DNA of 64,000 bases from Tachypleus tridentatus (taxonomy: Eukaryota), in the NCBI RefSeq assembly GCF_004210375.1, contig NC_134837.1, positions 230,441,567 to 230,505,566 of the forward strand. Reading direction: 5' to 3'. A program made the position numbers and the translations under genes. Below, piece after piece: positions 27,754 to 41,800 of this stretch (position 1 is the first letter of the stretch; every line of letters starts with the position of its first letter). The notes under the pieces are model-generated. The model saw only the letters and a list, made by a program, of their open reading frames with translations. It had not been told where the DNA came from and did no database searches.

Positions 27754-28007
27754 GAACTATTTCCAAGCTCTCGGCCTTTTACATCCAAAATTAAAAAAGA
27801 AGCTGAAGAGTTTTTGAAGCATCTAACTCCAAATTTAGGAAACACAGAGTTATTCAGACCTTTGAGGTCCTATCATCTAATGACAAAAAGTGATGAACTT
27901 GTCAATATGCTGGTCATTACTGATGGTTTTGTGAACAATGAAGGAAGTGTGATTACAGCTGCTAGAAAAAGTTGCTCAAGAGTAAGGGTTTTCACCATGG
28001 GTGTGAG
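27754..28007 (+). CDS. VWA5A: Coding exon 6, vWA domain middle (ELFPSSRPFTSKIKKEAEEFLKHLTPNLGNTELFRPLRSYHLMTKSDELVNMLVITDGFVNNEGSVITAARKSCSRVRVFTMGV)
   Basis: Acceptor ttttcag|GAA at 27752-27753; an alternative acceptor acag| at 27745-27746 would add FQ. The GNTELFRPL segment matches the vWA GGT..L.PL motif, followed by the ITDG.. segment. Donor GAG|gtaagc at 28008 ends the exon in phase 2. Confidence 0.7.
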
Positions 28008-30562
28008 GTAAGCCTGAAGAAAAATACAGATAGTTTATTTGCATGTGGGAAAAAGTCCAATGTTTACTGTACCATTGAGAAATTTCTTTATATTTTGGCC
28101 AAGATGTATTGTAATTTTTGTGAAGTTTTAAATTTGTGACTCGTGGATTCACTAAACAAAGATGATTTATTTGCAAATTTTGTAAACATATTAATTATGA
28201 ATAAAACTGAGTGTTACACATGAAGTGTTAAAGTCAAATGAGTTTTTGAAGATTATATTGCTATCACAATGTTATTTTGGTGCTGTTTTCATGTGTGGTT
28301 GAATCAATTATTTGATGTGAGGTATCTCACAGTAAATAAAACAAAACTAGAAATGTAATTTCACTGTATTTTGACAGATTTTCTTCAGCAGATTGATACA
28401 TGCTCAATTAGTTATAGAATATAGTTTTTGTACTGTATACAGTTACAGATAATGATTTCCTGATGCACAAATAAAATAAAGTAATAGTAAAATAATTTCA
28501 CTGAAGCTTCCATAGGACAAATATGAATGACATCCATGCAGGCACAGTAGTTGTAGATTGTAAGACATCATTTGTGTTGTCAAACAGAAATTACCCTAAC
28601 AAGAATGGATTTAAGAGATTATTAGTTATAAAAACGTGTTAGTTCCTGTCTGAGATATGCAAACATAGTGCTTTGCATGCAGTAAAGATAAAATAAGAGA
28701 ACTGTGAGACTTTATGTTCAGTTGTTATAATCAAACAGGAAAAACATTTCAGTTAAAAATGTCCAAAATTATATTGCAAAATCTCCTATTTTACTTTTAA
28801 ATAAAATGTATTGAAATTTTCTTTGCTAAATAGACTTTAAGTTTATTTTTCTTAGTAATGCCTTTGTACTATTTTATCTTTATTACCTGGCATGAACAAA
28901 ATCATAGTACATGGTGGTATAAGAATGGTGAAAAACTTAAACACTCTTGAAGTAATTAATAAATATAAGGTACAGTGTGTTTTAAAAGTACTGCATATCA
29001 GGGAATTTTTGCTGTAGTTCCATGGGGCAGTCATTCAAAATGCTGAAACAATATCAAAGAAACAATTAAATATAGAAATAATACAAAATAGAACCTTGTT
29101 AGATTTAGTTAATAATTTGTAAAGTAAATTGTTCTTTTCAAAAGTAAGTATAATACATTATTACATGAAGTAATGAGTTTTGGCCAACAATTATACTGTC
29201 ATATCAAAATATATCATCAAAACTATATAGAATCAAGCTTTTCATTTAACAACAAATTCATAGTCAGTGGTGATTTATGTAAGACTACTGTGAGCATAAG
29301 TAGATTTAGTGTACTATATTAATTAATTAGGGGCATTATGTAGTTCCAAGTGAATAAGCAACCAAACATTTTAATAAACAAAAGTGAAAGCAGGTTGCAT
29401 TAAAACTGTAAGATATGACTTTTAATATTTGTTTGAATCTAATATCAAAAGTTCATTGATATTTACTGACACACTTATATTGTATGTTTGTTTTAGTATG
29501 GAACTGTTTAAAGATAGAAATAAGTGCATACTGATATATATATATATACACATGTACTTATACCTTTGAAAAGACATGAACTTGAGTCTTGAAGCTACTT
29601 CTTATTAACCTAGAGAATTACTAACATATACATTAATATGAATTATGTTTGATTCAGTTACCTTTTCCATTGTCATCATTACTGTGTTCTTAAACAAACA
29701 TGTTTTATGAGCCTTTTTATTTATATTGATCTTCATACAATAAAAACTTTTATGAAAGCAGTTGCCAAAAATGCAAAGAAACTTTCTGGCAATGCTGCTG
29801 GAGTTTATAGAATTAGGTATGTTGAGGGGGGGTTAACTTTTAAAAAATGTGGAGAGTGCTATAAAATATTAAGTATGGTGTCACATATAACGTGGAGATA
29901 AAATTCTGTGGAAAAAGTGAGTTTATCTTCTTGGGTTAAAATTACTGTAGTGAATAAATTTTATGCTTTAAATGTAGAAATGAAGTAAAAATAGAAACAG
30001 TAAATATAGTTTTCTAAATTAAAGATTTTAAAATGTTAGTGTTATGCTATCAAAATAGTTAGTGCTCATGGATAATTAATTATATCAGTTTATTGAGTTA
30101 ATCACCCAGCTGTAATTTTGAGTTAATGAAGTTAGAATATAGAGTATCATATAATGATAAATCTGAGGCTTTAATTTTCTGATGAAAGGTGTTGTAGTAT
30201 AATGTGTTGTGTTATATGTTTAATAACTTGAGTGTAGGAGGCAGAACACACACAGAATTATTTAAAAAATTGGTAATTTAAAAAGAGGTAATAGAGATGC
30301 TTAAAAATTACAGAAACAAGTTAGATAGCTTAAATAGAAAGTGCAATTCCAAAAAAAGTAAATAAGCTTAAGGTTTTAGATACAGTATTTATGTCATTTT
30401 TTCAAGCTATAAATCCCTATTTTGATTCTGTAACTCTTAACAGCTTTTAAACATGGAATCAGAATAGGAATTTGTAGTTCAATAATGTAATGCCAACACT
30501 ATGTTTCAAACCTTATGCATATATATTGCTTTATTGTGATTTCATTTTCAATGCATGTTGGT

Positions 30563-30592
30563 TGGTATATATATATATATATATATATATTT
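30563..30592. repeat. (TA)n microsatellite
   Basis: tatatatatatatatatatatatat seen directly. Confidence 0.9.
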
Positions 30593-31953
30593 GTATAGAC
30601 ACACACATACATGCTTTATAGTTTAAATTGTGAAGCTGTGTATACATATATTGCCATATATATTTTTAAAATTGAATAGATATGTATATCTATATTAATT
30701 GCAAATATTAAGACAATATATTATAATATAAAGAGATATGTATACAAATAAGTATTTTTAATAATTCTTATAGCTGTTATATTTTCTTCCCCATTCTCTC
30801 CTCTGGCCGTAGTAAGGGAGGACATGATTTTGGTTCAGCTGGCTATATTCTTTTACAGTGGTATTATGCACACACTACAAGATCAAAAACATGTTAATTT
30901 ACAATCATTAATCAATAAACTTGTCATCCTTCCATTTCTGATGGAGTTTGAGTTGTGACACTTATATGACCCTTTTTCGTGTGATGACCTTAAATAATGG
31001 CAGGTCATTGCTGCTACATACTTTATTTGAAACTAATTATTTTCTAAATAAAATAGGCAGATACAAAATTTCTGCCTCATTTTTGCCTAAAATTGTCATT
31101 GTTTTGACCAGCTCCTGCTTGCACAATTCTTGCCACTCCTTACAGTTCACCTTCAAGGATGGCTACTCTATTTGCAGAATTTTGAAAATATGCAATGACA
31201 CAATGTTGGCTATAATTCAATAATTACATCTAGTCACCATTATGATTTCTAACCTCATGCTCAAAACTCATCTTGATGCTATCTTTTAAATTATGGCTTA
31301 CTTAAATATTTATATTATGGGAGACAAAATTGATCATGCAGTGGTAAAAAAACAACAAAGAAAACTTTGATCCTGTCAGCAGCATTATGTTTAATAGGAC
31401 AGGATCTCTGCATATAAATGGTATGCAACTTCAGTACAGTTGCAACAATAAGTTAATAATCTCTATGGTACATGTATCATGCCTGCCATATAAAAAGTAA
31501 ATTACATCTATGACATTCATGCAGCAACATATGTGTGCATGTAGTAGATTATGAGGCTTTATATTAATCATGGACTACATTAAAATGATCGAGTGCCAAC
31601 AGTTATGCAGCTCCTGTTATTTGTTAGGAAGCCAACTAAATTTAATATCACTCTACACAATGTATAATGATGAATTTAATATTATTGTCCAGGTTTTATT
31701 ACAATATTCACAGCCATTTTTGCTGTAGACTGGAAGAAAAATATTAAATAATAATGACAAACAACAAATTGACAATTCTTATTATGAACCATTATCATGG
31801 GTGATATAGTAACAAAATTAAGTCCAATTTTAAACGTAATCTAAAATGTAAGTATTGTGGTACTTATAAAAATTATGGTGTAATATGCCATACAAATAAG
31901 CATTTATGTGAAAACCTTTCCATGTTAAAACTTTATAAAATGTTAGAAGAGGC

Positions 31954-31962
<9 letters not shown>

Positions 31963-31987
<25 letters not shown>

Positions 31988-31990
31988 TGG
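31963..31990. repeat. (TA)n microsatellite
   Basis: tatatatatatatatatatatata seen directly. Confidence 0.9.
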
Positions 31991-32175
31991 TATGGGGATG
32001 TTTCATTTCTTAGCTATTTTTCTTAATTCCAAAACATTAAAAAAATATGATATATATGATCATAAAAGAATCTTAGCTTTCTTGCCATTGCAAGTATGTA
32101 ACCATTACATAGTAAGTTTGATAAAATTATTCAAAGCTATTAAAAGAGATTTAAATTATTTTCTCTCTTGTCTAG

Positions 32176-32275
32176 TTCTACAGTCAACCAACATTTCCTG
32201 AAAAGAGTTTCTCATCATGGAGCTGGTTGTTTTGAGTTTTTTGATCCAAGTCACAAATCTAAGTGGATAAAAAAA
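32176..32275 (+). CDS. VWA5A: Coding exon 7, vWA domain end (S)STVNQHFLKRVSHHGAGCFEFFDPSHKSKWIKK
   Basis: Acceptor tctag|T at 32174-32175 completes the split codon AG+T. Donor AAA|gttagt at 32276. The phase is consistent with exon 6, and it fits the vWA C-terminal pattern GIG..V....L..LA...GG..E.F. Confidence 0.65.
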
Positions 32276-34540
32276 GTTAGTGTTTAGAAAAAGTTACTGA
32301 TGTGTTTAAATTACACTGCACAACAAAGTTTTTGCTTCTTGAACACTGTTGGGTGTTCCTTATAGATTTTTGGCTGCTGATCACGAAAATCACATCCAAA
32401 TTTGCCCATCACGTACCATTTCATTGAAATCTTGGTTTCACCAGGACATTGCTACAATGGAAAAACGATATCAAAGCAACTGGAATCCATCAATGCTTTC
32501 TGAATACTGTTGGACACTGCAACATGATGCACTGGACATTGAATACAAACAAAAATTAGGAGCAAAACACTTTTAATTATGTTGAACTTAACAGTGTATT
32601 AGAAACATAAATTCAATTAAATACATTATTGCTGGTAAACAGTTAACTGTCTATTTCTCAGAGTCCCTCTGTGATGAAGCAAAACCAAGACTATAATTGT
32701 GCATACCCACCAGGTACCTGTCACAATCAGCAAAAACTTTTCAGGAAGCAAAACTTTTCACAAAAATTGTTGTGCAGTGTTATACATGTGAACATTAGAA
32801 ACTGATTTATTATTTTTGTAATACTGATAATGGAAAGAATAAAGTATATTCTAAAATGTCACATTTTAATTACAAATATTTTATATTCACTATTATTGAA
32901 AGTATTTTACAGGACAACGTTGAAAATATAGTTGATGAGGCCATAGTTGTTGGAGTATAATGTATAGTAGTTATATATGTGTGATATCACAATTAAATTG
33001 ATAATGATTTAAATAAGAACATTTTGTGTTTATATGTGAACAGTGAGAAGTGTGTAATAGCATTTCAACTATACCTATATACATTACTTTTTGTATGCTG
33101 TTGTTAGCAAGGCCTTTCACTCAGAACCAGAACTTAGTAAACAAGCTAAGTTACATTATATAAAGTTTTGTTTGAATTTATTTTTACATTACTCTTTTAT
33201 GACTTAAAGTGTTTGAGTATAGAATAAGTTAGTTGGTGAAGCATGATAATGCTGTTTACACTAAGTACAATATCATTGTAATAAAGATAATAATTTGAAT
33301 CACAAAATTCTTTACTAGTCCAGTACTCAGTATTCAGTAAGAAGAATTTATAATGTGTTTCAGTATTACCTTGTTTTTGTATAGTGCACATGATGAGGCT
33401 TTAACTTGTTACTGGAACTTGTCAGTTTTATTGGCCAACTCTAAATGTTTATTGTTTACTCTTTTCAAAGTGCATAATGCAGACTGGAGTATCTTATACA
33501 TGCTGTGAATAAAACAATTCTTGTTTCCAGAAAAGTAAAATATTTGTTTAATTTATATTTCAACAATTCTGTTTTGCACCTTATTGAGAGCTAGACAAGG
33601 CATGATTATAACAGAGGACTAGATGTGAAGCATCTCTGGTTCTCAAAAATTTTCTTTTATGTATGGTGAAACCTTAGCAGTAACTGTAACTTGTGATAAA
33701 GATGCAAAACTGAAATGCCATAATTTAAGTAACATTTTCTTGGAAATAAGAGTGATTTTATTTCAAAAGTACTAAATGTTGTCATATTTGTTTCATTACA
33801 AGTGATTTATTAGAGAATACTATATGTATTAGTATTTCTTATTCTATAATTTATTTATTGGTAACTATATTTCCTGGTGTAAAAGAATTATAGTTAAGAA
33901 GATTGAGGCTCTAATGCTCAGCACTGTAACAGGTGTTGTAACAGTTCCATGTCTAGGTTATATTTAACATCATTGCAGGTGTTTTGTCAACAGTGTTTTT
34001 TTCATAATTTATTGGGTATCATGTTCAGTTCATTACGTTCAAATTAGTGAAATGCAAAATCTTTATAGTATTAATTTACTGTCTCTAAACACTGTGGCTT
34101 GTTTATAAAGAAATACTCTGCAAATGTTTATTTTTGTAGTTAGATCTTGTAATATTTTCTTGAGTGGATCTCTGTTTGTCAGTAACTAAATATAGACTAT
34201 TGATATGGGAAATATTTACTGGATTTCAAATAAAATTAGCCACATCTTGACTGATGGTATAGGAAGTACTCATGAAACTTGAAATGAAATGAGAAAAACC
34301 TGGACTGTTAACATGAAACAAACTAAATACATTGTTGTTGTTAACAGATGATCAAAGAAATGCAGTTGTGTTATATCTATGCTTTATAAGGCTAAAGAAT
34401 TTTTAGTAAACAAATCAAGCTGGTTGTAAGTAATTATTATCTTCCTTCATTCTTCTTGTAACCTATAAACACTGTTTTTTAAGATATTTGAATTCTTTGC
34501 TAAAGAAACTACAAGATAAATGGTATTTTTTAAAACTCAG

Positions 34541-34711
34541 ATTAAAGCTCAGCTTCAGAAAGCTGTTCAGCCAGTATTAACCAACGTTTGTGTTGAATGG
34601 AAACTGTTTGATGAAGATGCTCCATTACCACTTCAGGCTCCTAGACAAATCATGTCATTGTTTAGTGGGAACAGACAAATTGTTTATGGTTTTGTGTCAC
34701 ATTGCCACATG
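34541..34711 (+). CDS. VWA5A: Coding exon 8 (IKAQLQKAVQPVLTNVCVEWKLFDEDAPLPLQAPRQIMSLFSGNRQIVYGFVSHCHM)
   Basis: Acceptor aaactcag|ATT at 34539-34540; a NAGNAG-type alternative 9 nt downstream is possible. Donor ATG|gtaagt at 34712. It is 171 bp, phase 0. Confidence 0.65.
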
Positions 34712-36307
34712 GTAAGTTTGTTAGTTTTTACAAGAAGATTTGGTATGAGTTCATGACATCAGTTGTTATTTTGACTTGTTAACAAGATTTATTGTCACAG
34801 GTACATATTTTAAATAAGAACACCAAGTGTTATCATTTGCTATTCCATTCCACATCTACATATAGATTACCATGTAATAAAATTTGCTGTTATATCTACA
34901 TGGATAAATAAAAATGTGTTGTATGAATGATCATTAGTTTAACAGAAATAATTATTACAATTAAATCAGTTGACATTATGATCTCAACATGAAATACAAT
35001 GTTGTATTATGCAAATAAATTAAGGTAACATTAAAACTTATTTTTATTCTTAACATGAAATATAGTTATGTAACACATAGATAAGAGTAGCATAAGAACA
35101 TTACATGCTCGAGTATGAAAAGGTGTGTAATATTATACATATTAGCAATATTTATTTCAAGAAATTGTTAAAAGTTATGAATTTGAATATTCACCTTCAT
35201 TTCTGCTTTAGACAGTTTTGTTTATTTCTTTGTATCTGTTTACTGTATGTGAAGAATGGAAATGTTTTAACAATTTTATAAGTCAATACATTTTGTTTTG
35301 TGAGTTATACTGGTGTTATATAGTTGTTAGTTGTATTTTGTGGTAAAGCTATAAAACATACATTGACATATCTCAAAATTTTCTCTAGAGCTGATTTCAT
35401 CAATATCTGAGGGTTATAACATTTAAAGTAATTGTGGATGGTATTACTTGTTACGAGTAATGCTGATTGTTAACTTACACTTACAAAGGTTATTTCATGC
35501 TGTTTCTTTTGTATATGGATGTGAGACTAACCTACGTTTCCTAAACTGATTAAACTATATGAGGTATTGATGTTTGAAAATATGAATAACAAGGGTAACC
35601 AAGTGATAATTAAGTGTATTGTGTTTATTTTGGTTAGTTTTTTGTGTATTGATTTATCACACCTCTTGACAGTTTATTACAGAAAAAAAATTGGTTTCAG
35701 TAATTCATAAGTTACCTTTTAGTTATTTCATTTGTAGTTAGCTTACTTTTGATTAGCAACTATTAATAATCTCTTTTTATTGGATTAATTTTGAATTTAC
35801 ATAAATTTATAAAGATTCAAACATGATTTTTCAATCTTACAAAATTGATTTAAGAGAAACATTCAGTGGTTGTTGAAGGAGATTAGACAAACTTATTCCT
35901 AACTAAATAGCATTTAGAAGTGAATAAACATATCTGAGCAATTTAAAATGCATGTTATATGCTAAGAAATTGGTATGATCTTGAAACTTGAGGACTTTGT
36001 TTCCGTACAACATGTTTACTACTTAAAGTTTGTGTGTTTTGTGTTATTACTTGAAGAATTTAAATCAAGGAACTATTTTTTTGCCTTATAAATTGTTGTT
36101 TTAAAACAAAATCAAGACTGAAAAATTATTGTTGATCTTTAAATTTGGAAAATTTTGAAGCTTGATACATAATTATTAAAGTTATTATAGACACAGTTTT
36201 AAGACCAATTCTAAATAAGCATGATTTTAGAAAGTTTAAAATACTGTTTGATATTAGCTGTTTAAAATCCCTATTAATTCTAATAAGTGCTAATTGTAAC
36301 TTCACAG

Positions 36308-36388
36308 GCTATTTTGAAAGCAGAAGTTTGTGGGCAAGAGATTTCTACCGTTGTGTCCACTTCAGAACTTAGTGAGACAGTTGGACTG
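36308..36388 (+). CDS. VWA5A: Coding exon 9 (AILKAEVCGQEISTVVSTSELSETVGL)
   Basis: Acceptor ttcacag|GCT at 36306-36307 and donor CTG|gttagt at 36389. It is 81 bp, phase 0. Confidence 0.6.
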
Positions 36389-38899
36389 GTTAGTACAGTG
36401 CATATGTGTGTGAAAGTACTTGTAAGCCTTGAAAAACAATGAAATAGTATAATATTTCATAGCTCACCATAATATAACTGTCATATGTAATGTATTTATT
36501 ACGTTAGTGAACTTAACACTGATAAACTTAAGTATGAATAACAAGTTATGGATATTTATAATATTACAGATTAAAAGTAGAATGACAAGTGATTCATTTG
36601 AATATTAGTGTGATAGGTAAATGTAATAAAACAGATATAAAATGTTTGGTAATGGTATATGGTTTTGATAATAATGAGAAGGGTTATCAGTTTAAAAGAG
36701 ACACATTTCCACTTGTATCTTTGTTAGTTCACATTACAACAGTAATTACTCATAATCAAAAAATGGTAAAGCATAAGGAATTCTGGAACTGAATGCTTTT
36801 ATTGATTAGTTTTTGTATTAAAATTGTCTCTTAAGATCCATTTGCCCAATTGAAGTCTGTAATAATGTGGATAATCTCCTTTTCTACTGAAAACGTATCA
36901 AAAACACCTAAGTTTATCTTCAGTTGTAGTATTCTCAAAAAATGTTATTTGTGTTAATGTAATGAAGCAATGTTTTATTGTCATTGAGAAAGTGATAGCA
37001 GTTTCTTGTAACTAAACATTTTGGGTTGTTGTTCTTTTCAGTATTTTATGTAACAGTGATAGTGTTTCTGTATATTTTACTTAACTACTCTTGTACTCTC
37101 ACTTATCTATCAGTTTACCTTTACTTAATATTGTATAATATTCTTTTGTCCTAAATTTCAAACAGGGAAATTAAATGTAAACTAATAGAAAAGTTTTGGA
37201 TTAAAATATTAAATTTATTATGTGTTCACTTTTTTGTTTGAAGAATCAAATGTTGGACACTTTTCTTGGGAAGTTACTTTACTGTTTCTTTTTGGATCTT
37301 CATATTTTTGTGTGTGGTTGCCTTTTTTGGATAAACTTTATCTAATACTTGAAATATTGCAGAATTACTCAGAATTTTGCAGAAGCTTTGACAGCCAAAT
37401 GAAGTAGTCAATATACAATTTGTGAGCTGAATTTAGCTTTAATTGTTTTAAAAATACAGAGAAATTTAATTTTCATATGCATTATTACTTGTTCTGCTTA
37501 AAACTTTATTATTGATTCAGAACTTGGAATTTTTGATTTACTAACACATCAAGAACAAATATGTGTTTGTGGAAAATTTTCAAAATGTTGTAAATGTTAA
37601 AAGATAGGTTACACTTTGAATATTTTCATAATGGAACACACTTGTTGCGCATTAGGTTGTAACAGATGAGCTGAACAATGAATGAATTAGATGAATGGAT
37701 ACCATAGAGTGCATTAATTTACACTAAAACTGTAGTATGTCTGGGCAGTAAATTTTCTTCAGTAGTTTAATCCAAGGTTTAAAACATAGGCAATAATTGT
37801 TCTACAATTCCTTTATCTTTTTATATATCAGAGGAAAAATTGTCATCAGTTAATCCTTCCTGTTGGATTGCATAATTTTAATTCCAATACAGTTTTACAT
37901 CCTTTCACACAAAGCTATTTCATTCTTCTTTTTGCTCCATAAATATTGCTAAACAAGTTTAATGCTCATTGCATCAGTTTGTATAACCCAGAAATTTGAC
38001 ACCATTATTGAACATATATATATGATTTGACCACCTAGCACCAATAGTACTGTGCCACTTATATTGGTACAGCTAGTTCCTTCTAATGTTTCCACTCAAT
38101 CCTCAATTTTTCAGTTGACACAGCATTGTTTAGACGTTTTTACCATGTGTGACCATCATAGTTGATTGTGCTTTGTTGCCATTTAAATGTTTTCTTTTCC
38201 TCGACAGTTCTTTTATTGTGTTTGCATTCAGTTGTTTCATTTTTTTTTCTTTTTTGCACTTATTTATTGTTATCAAATTATAAAGGAATTTTGAGTTTTT
38301 GATTAAATGTGTGAACTAGAGGAAGTTTCTATTATGGTCAATAATGCTACTAGTACAACTACCCAGACATTGAGTTTGATTTGATCTGATGATGAGATAC
38401 AGGTCAATTTACAAGGAGCTAGATTCATATGTTTGACAAGCAGTTTTTCTTCTTTTCAACCTTACAATGTTTCTTATGATGAATACAATCAAGAACAGGA
38501 AAATTCACTTTTATTTTGGTCTATCACACTAAACCTCATAAGTAGATTTCACTTTCCACACCTTTTATACAGCTGTTTAATTGGGTTATGATATATTGGG
38601 TTTCCTTATCTCCTATGATGTCTCCCCACTTGGGTAATATTCCATTTTCTGAAGTTTTTGTTTGTTTATTTTTTTTCCTCATTCACCTGACATAAGGGTT
38701 CATGTGTATGAATTTTTAGATTAACTACAGTTAGGTGTTGGCATACCCTGTCTCTCTCATCTGTTGGACCATCATAATTAAGCATACCATTGCTCTTCAA
38801 ATTAATATTTACAGTCTTGGCACCTGGGTTTTCTCCTTTCTCTTTGTGGTTTGACTCATGAGGTTAATGTTCCTTTTGACCTGGCACAATTCTAAATGA

Positions 38900-41800
38900 T
38901 TTGCTCTTCCCTCTCTTCCTTTTTAAAACATCTGTCTTCTATCCATTTGTTGTTGGAGCCTTATCATTGTTCCTATATCTCTTTTTTTTTCAGTGAACCC
39001 AGATCCCTCCTTTCATCCACTGTAGCTTGGTTATTGGTCTCTGCCTTTTCCCTAAAGACTTGGATAAGAAGCTGTTGGAACTTACTGAGTATAGGTACAT
39101 TGCTTGTGGGGGTTCATCACCTCCAATAATCCATGTGGGATCTGTGCAATACTGTCCTTGGAGGATTCCCCGGTTCTTTGGAATCCAGGATTAATGTGGC
39201 AAGATTAGGATCTTCTTTGTCTTCTCTGGCTACACAATTATCTCACTATCCCACTTCCTACCAGAAGGAACCTGTCCTTGCTTCCCAATATCCTCTTTCC
39301 TTGCCTGACTCTTACCTTCCTCTTGACATTCCTGACCCTATCTCTATTTTCTCTCATTCCTGGGATGAGGAACTATACTGGTGTAGGTGATACAACAGTG
39401 GGTTCAGGACCAGTAGGGGCCATATTGCTCCACTTTTTTCCAGTTTGGGGCATTTTGTAATGGATCTGTAGGTTCTGTCAGAAAGTCTGTGCCTTGAGTT
39501 CTTGTCTCCACTTTCCCTTTCCTATTCCCTTTCTTCCTTCCCACCTCCATTTTATCCTTAATCTCTTGGTCATCTTGTCAAGACATTTCATGATACACTT
39601 AACAAAAAATATATTGAACAGGTGTACCTCAAGCAGCCATGGTTTTATTCCCATTTTTATGTAGTCCACAAGAACACAGAACATTGGAGACCTGTCATCA
39701 ATCTGTTCTAGTTAAATTCCTCTCTGGATCCCTCTTGTTTCAAAATGGAGTCCTCTCTCATTTCAGAGGTATTTTCCCTAAGACTCTGAAGGACCAGATC
39801 CAATGTGATGTAAATATTGGAGACCTATCATTGATCTATTCCAGTTGAATTCCTTTCTGAAACCCTCTTGTTTCACAATGGAGTTCTATTTTTCATTTTG
39901 AAGGTATTTTCCCTGGTACTCTGGAGGACAGAATTCGATATGATGGACATTGCTTCACATTTTCATTTCTACAAAATTGCACCATTTTCTTCAGTTCATC
40001 CACAAGGGTTGTGTGTTGCACTTCCAGACACTAAGGTTTGGGCAAACGTTTATTTTTTATATGTTTGGTTGGATGGTACAAACTTTTGCTCTGTATTCTC
40101 CCTTTTTGGATCTTTACATTCATCATCACATGAATCATTTGCTTCTACTCACTTCTTGCTGTTAACATTCCAGGGACCACACTCATTTAATCATACAAAC
40201 AGCACCACAGGTTGGATTCCAGATGAAAATGGATAAATTTGTTCTTATCCTCACTCAGTACCTTGTTCACTTGATGGTGGTGTTTGTCTTTTTTTTATAT
40301 ATATAATTTTCACCTCAGTTAGGCCCAGCCTTCTTCTCTTCATCTTCTGGATATTGTAGCGAGCAGTGTACAAAGCCCACAGAACAGGCTAACAGAATGA
40401 GAGGTTCTGTTTCTTTTGAAGATGAGGGTTTCCCTTGAAGATCTCATTCTCATGGGTTGAACTTATATGCATTTCCTCAAATTATCACTCCTAGATCAAT
40501 AGAATTTCTACTTCTTGATGACAAGAATCTCACTTGAAATAAAAATATATCTCAGAATGGCTGTTATGGATATTAACACTTATTTATAAGGAGAGAACAA
40601 CATTTTGACCTTCCTAGGTCATCTTCAGGTTAAGAAAGAGAGTTTGAAACTGACCGTTGCTGGACACATGTCTTAGGAACAAGAGTATAAATGGGTATGG
40701 GAATCTTAATTTGAGGATGACCTAAGAAGGTTGAAATGCTGTTCTCTCCTTATCAGTAAAAGTATTAATACCAATAACAGCTGTTTTGAGATACAGAATT
40801 TCTACTTGGACCTCTTGGATCACCCTTTTACCCTTCTCTCCCAAATCAGGGCTGATCTTGCTTGGTGAATAGACAGGAAACAGACCACAACAGAAGCTTT
40901 CATTTCAGCCACCTCTTCTGGATTTACATCTTTTTGTAAACTCTTCAGAGGGTTTGGGTGCTTATCTCAACTCTCAGCAGATTCATAGTCTCTTATCAGT
41001 CATGAAGTTTTATTTCCATATTAACATTCTTAAACTTCCAACCTTTTGTGGCCCACTTCCTTCTTCTCCTGTAAGGGAGAGCTGGTATGGTACATTTTGA
41101 CAACTTAAAAGTGGTCACTTATATCACTAAGCAAGGGGTTACCAAATTCAGGTCTCTGTGTTTCCAAATCCTGGATTTCCTTTTCTGGGTCTGTTGTGAC
41201 CATATTGTGGTGTTAGTTTACCATGTTCCTGGTGCTTTGAATCTGATTGTGGATTAATTATTTTGGCCCAACAAGATTCTTCTCACAGAGTGGTCCCTTG
41301 ATCCATGGGTCTTTCAGTGGGTGTATTATCAGGTGAGTATAACTTGTATAGATTCTTTCACCACAAACTGGAACATAAAACTTCCTTCCTTTTGGTCTTT
41401 CATTCCACATCAGTTAGCTCTGAGGGTGGACACATTCAATCAAGACTAGATGGGATCTTTGCATCTGCACTTACCCTTCTATTTGACTATTCTGCAGAGT
41501 GTTTCCCTAACCCAAATCAATCATCACTCTGTGTCTAGTCCTCCTAGTGGCTATGTTTTGGCTAGCACAACCTTAGTTTCTACAGCTTTTACTTTTACTT
41601 GTGCAACTTCTATTCTTACCTCTGTCATGGTCACTACTCCATCAACCTCAATCGAACATTATTCATCCAGACATTACCAACTTCTCTCTTTATATGTGCC
41701 TTTTGTCAAGTCACTTGCCTCAGCCCAGGGACTGATCCACATGTTGCATCTTTTCTTTTCTGATACATAAAACTTTCTATGTCAGTTTACCAGAAGCAAT

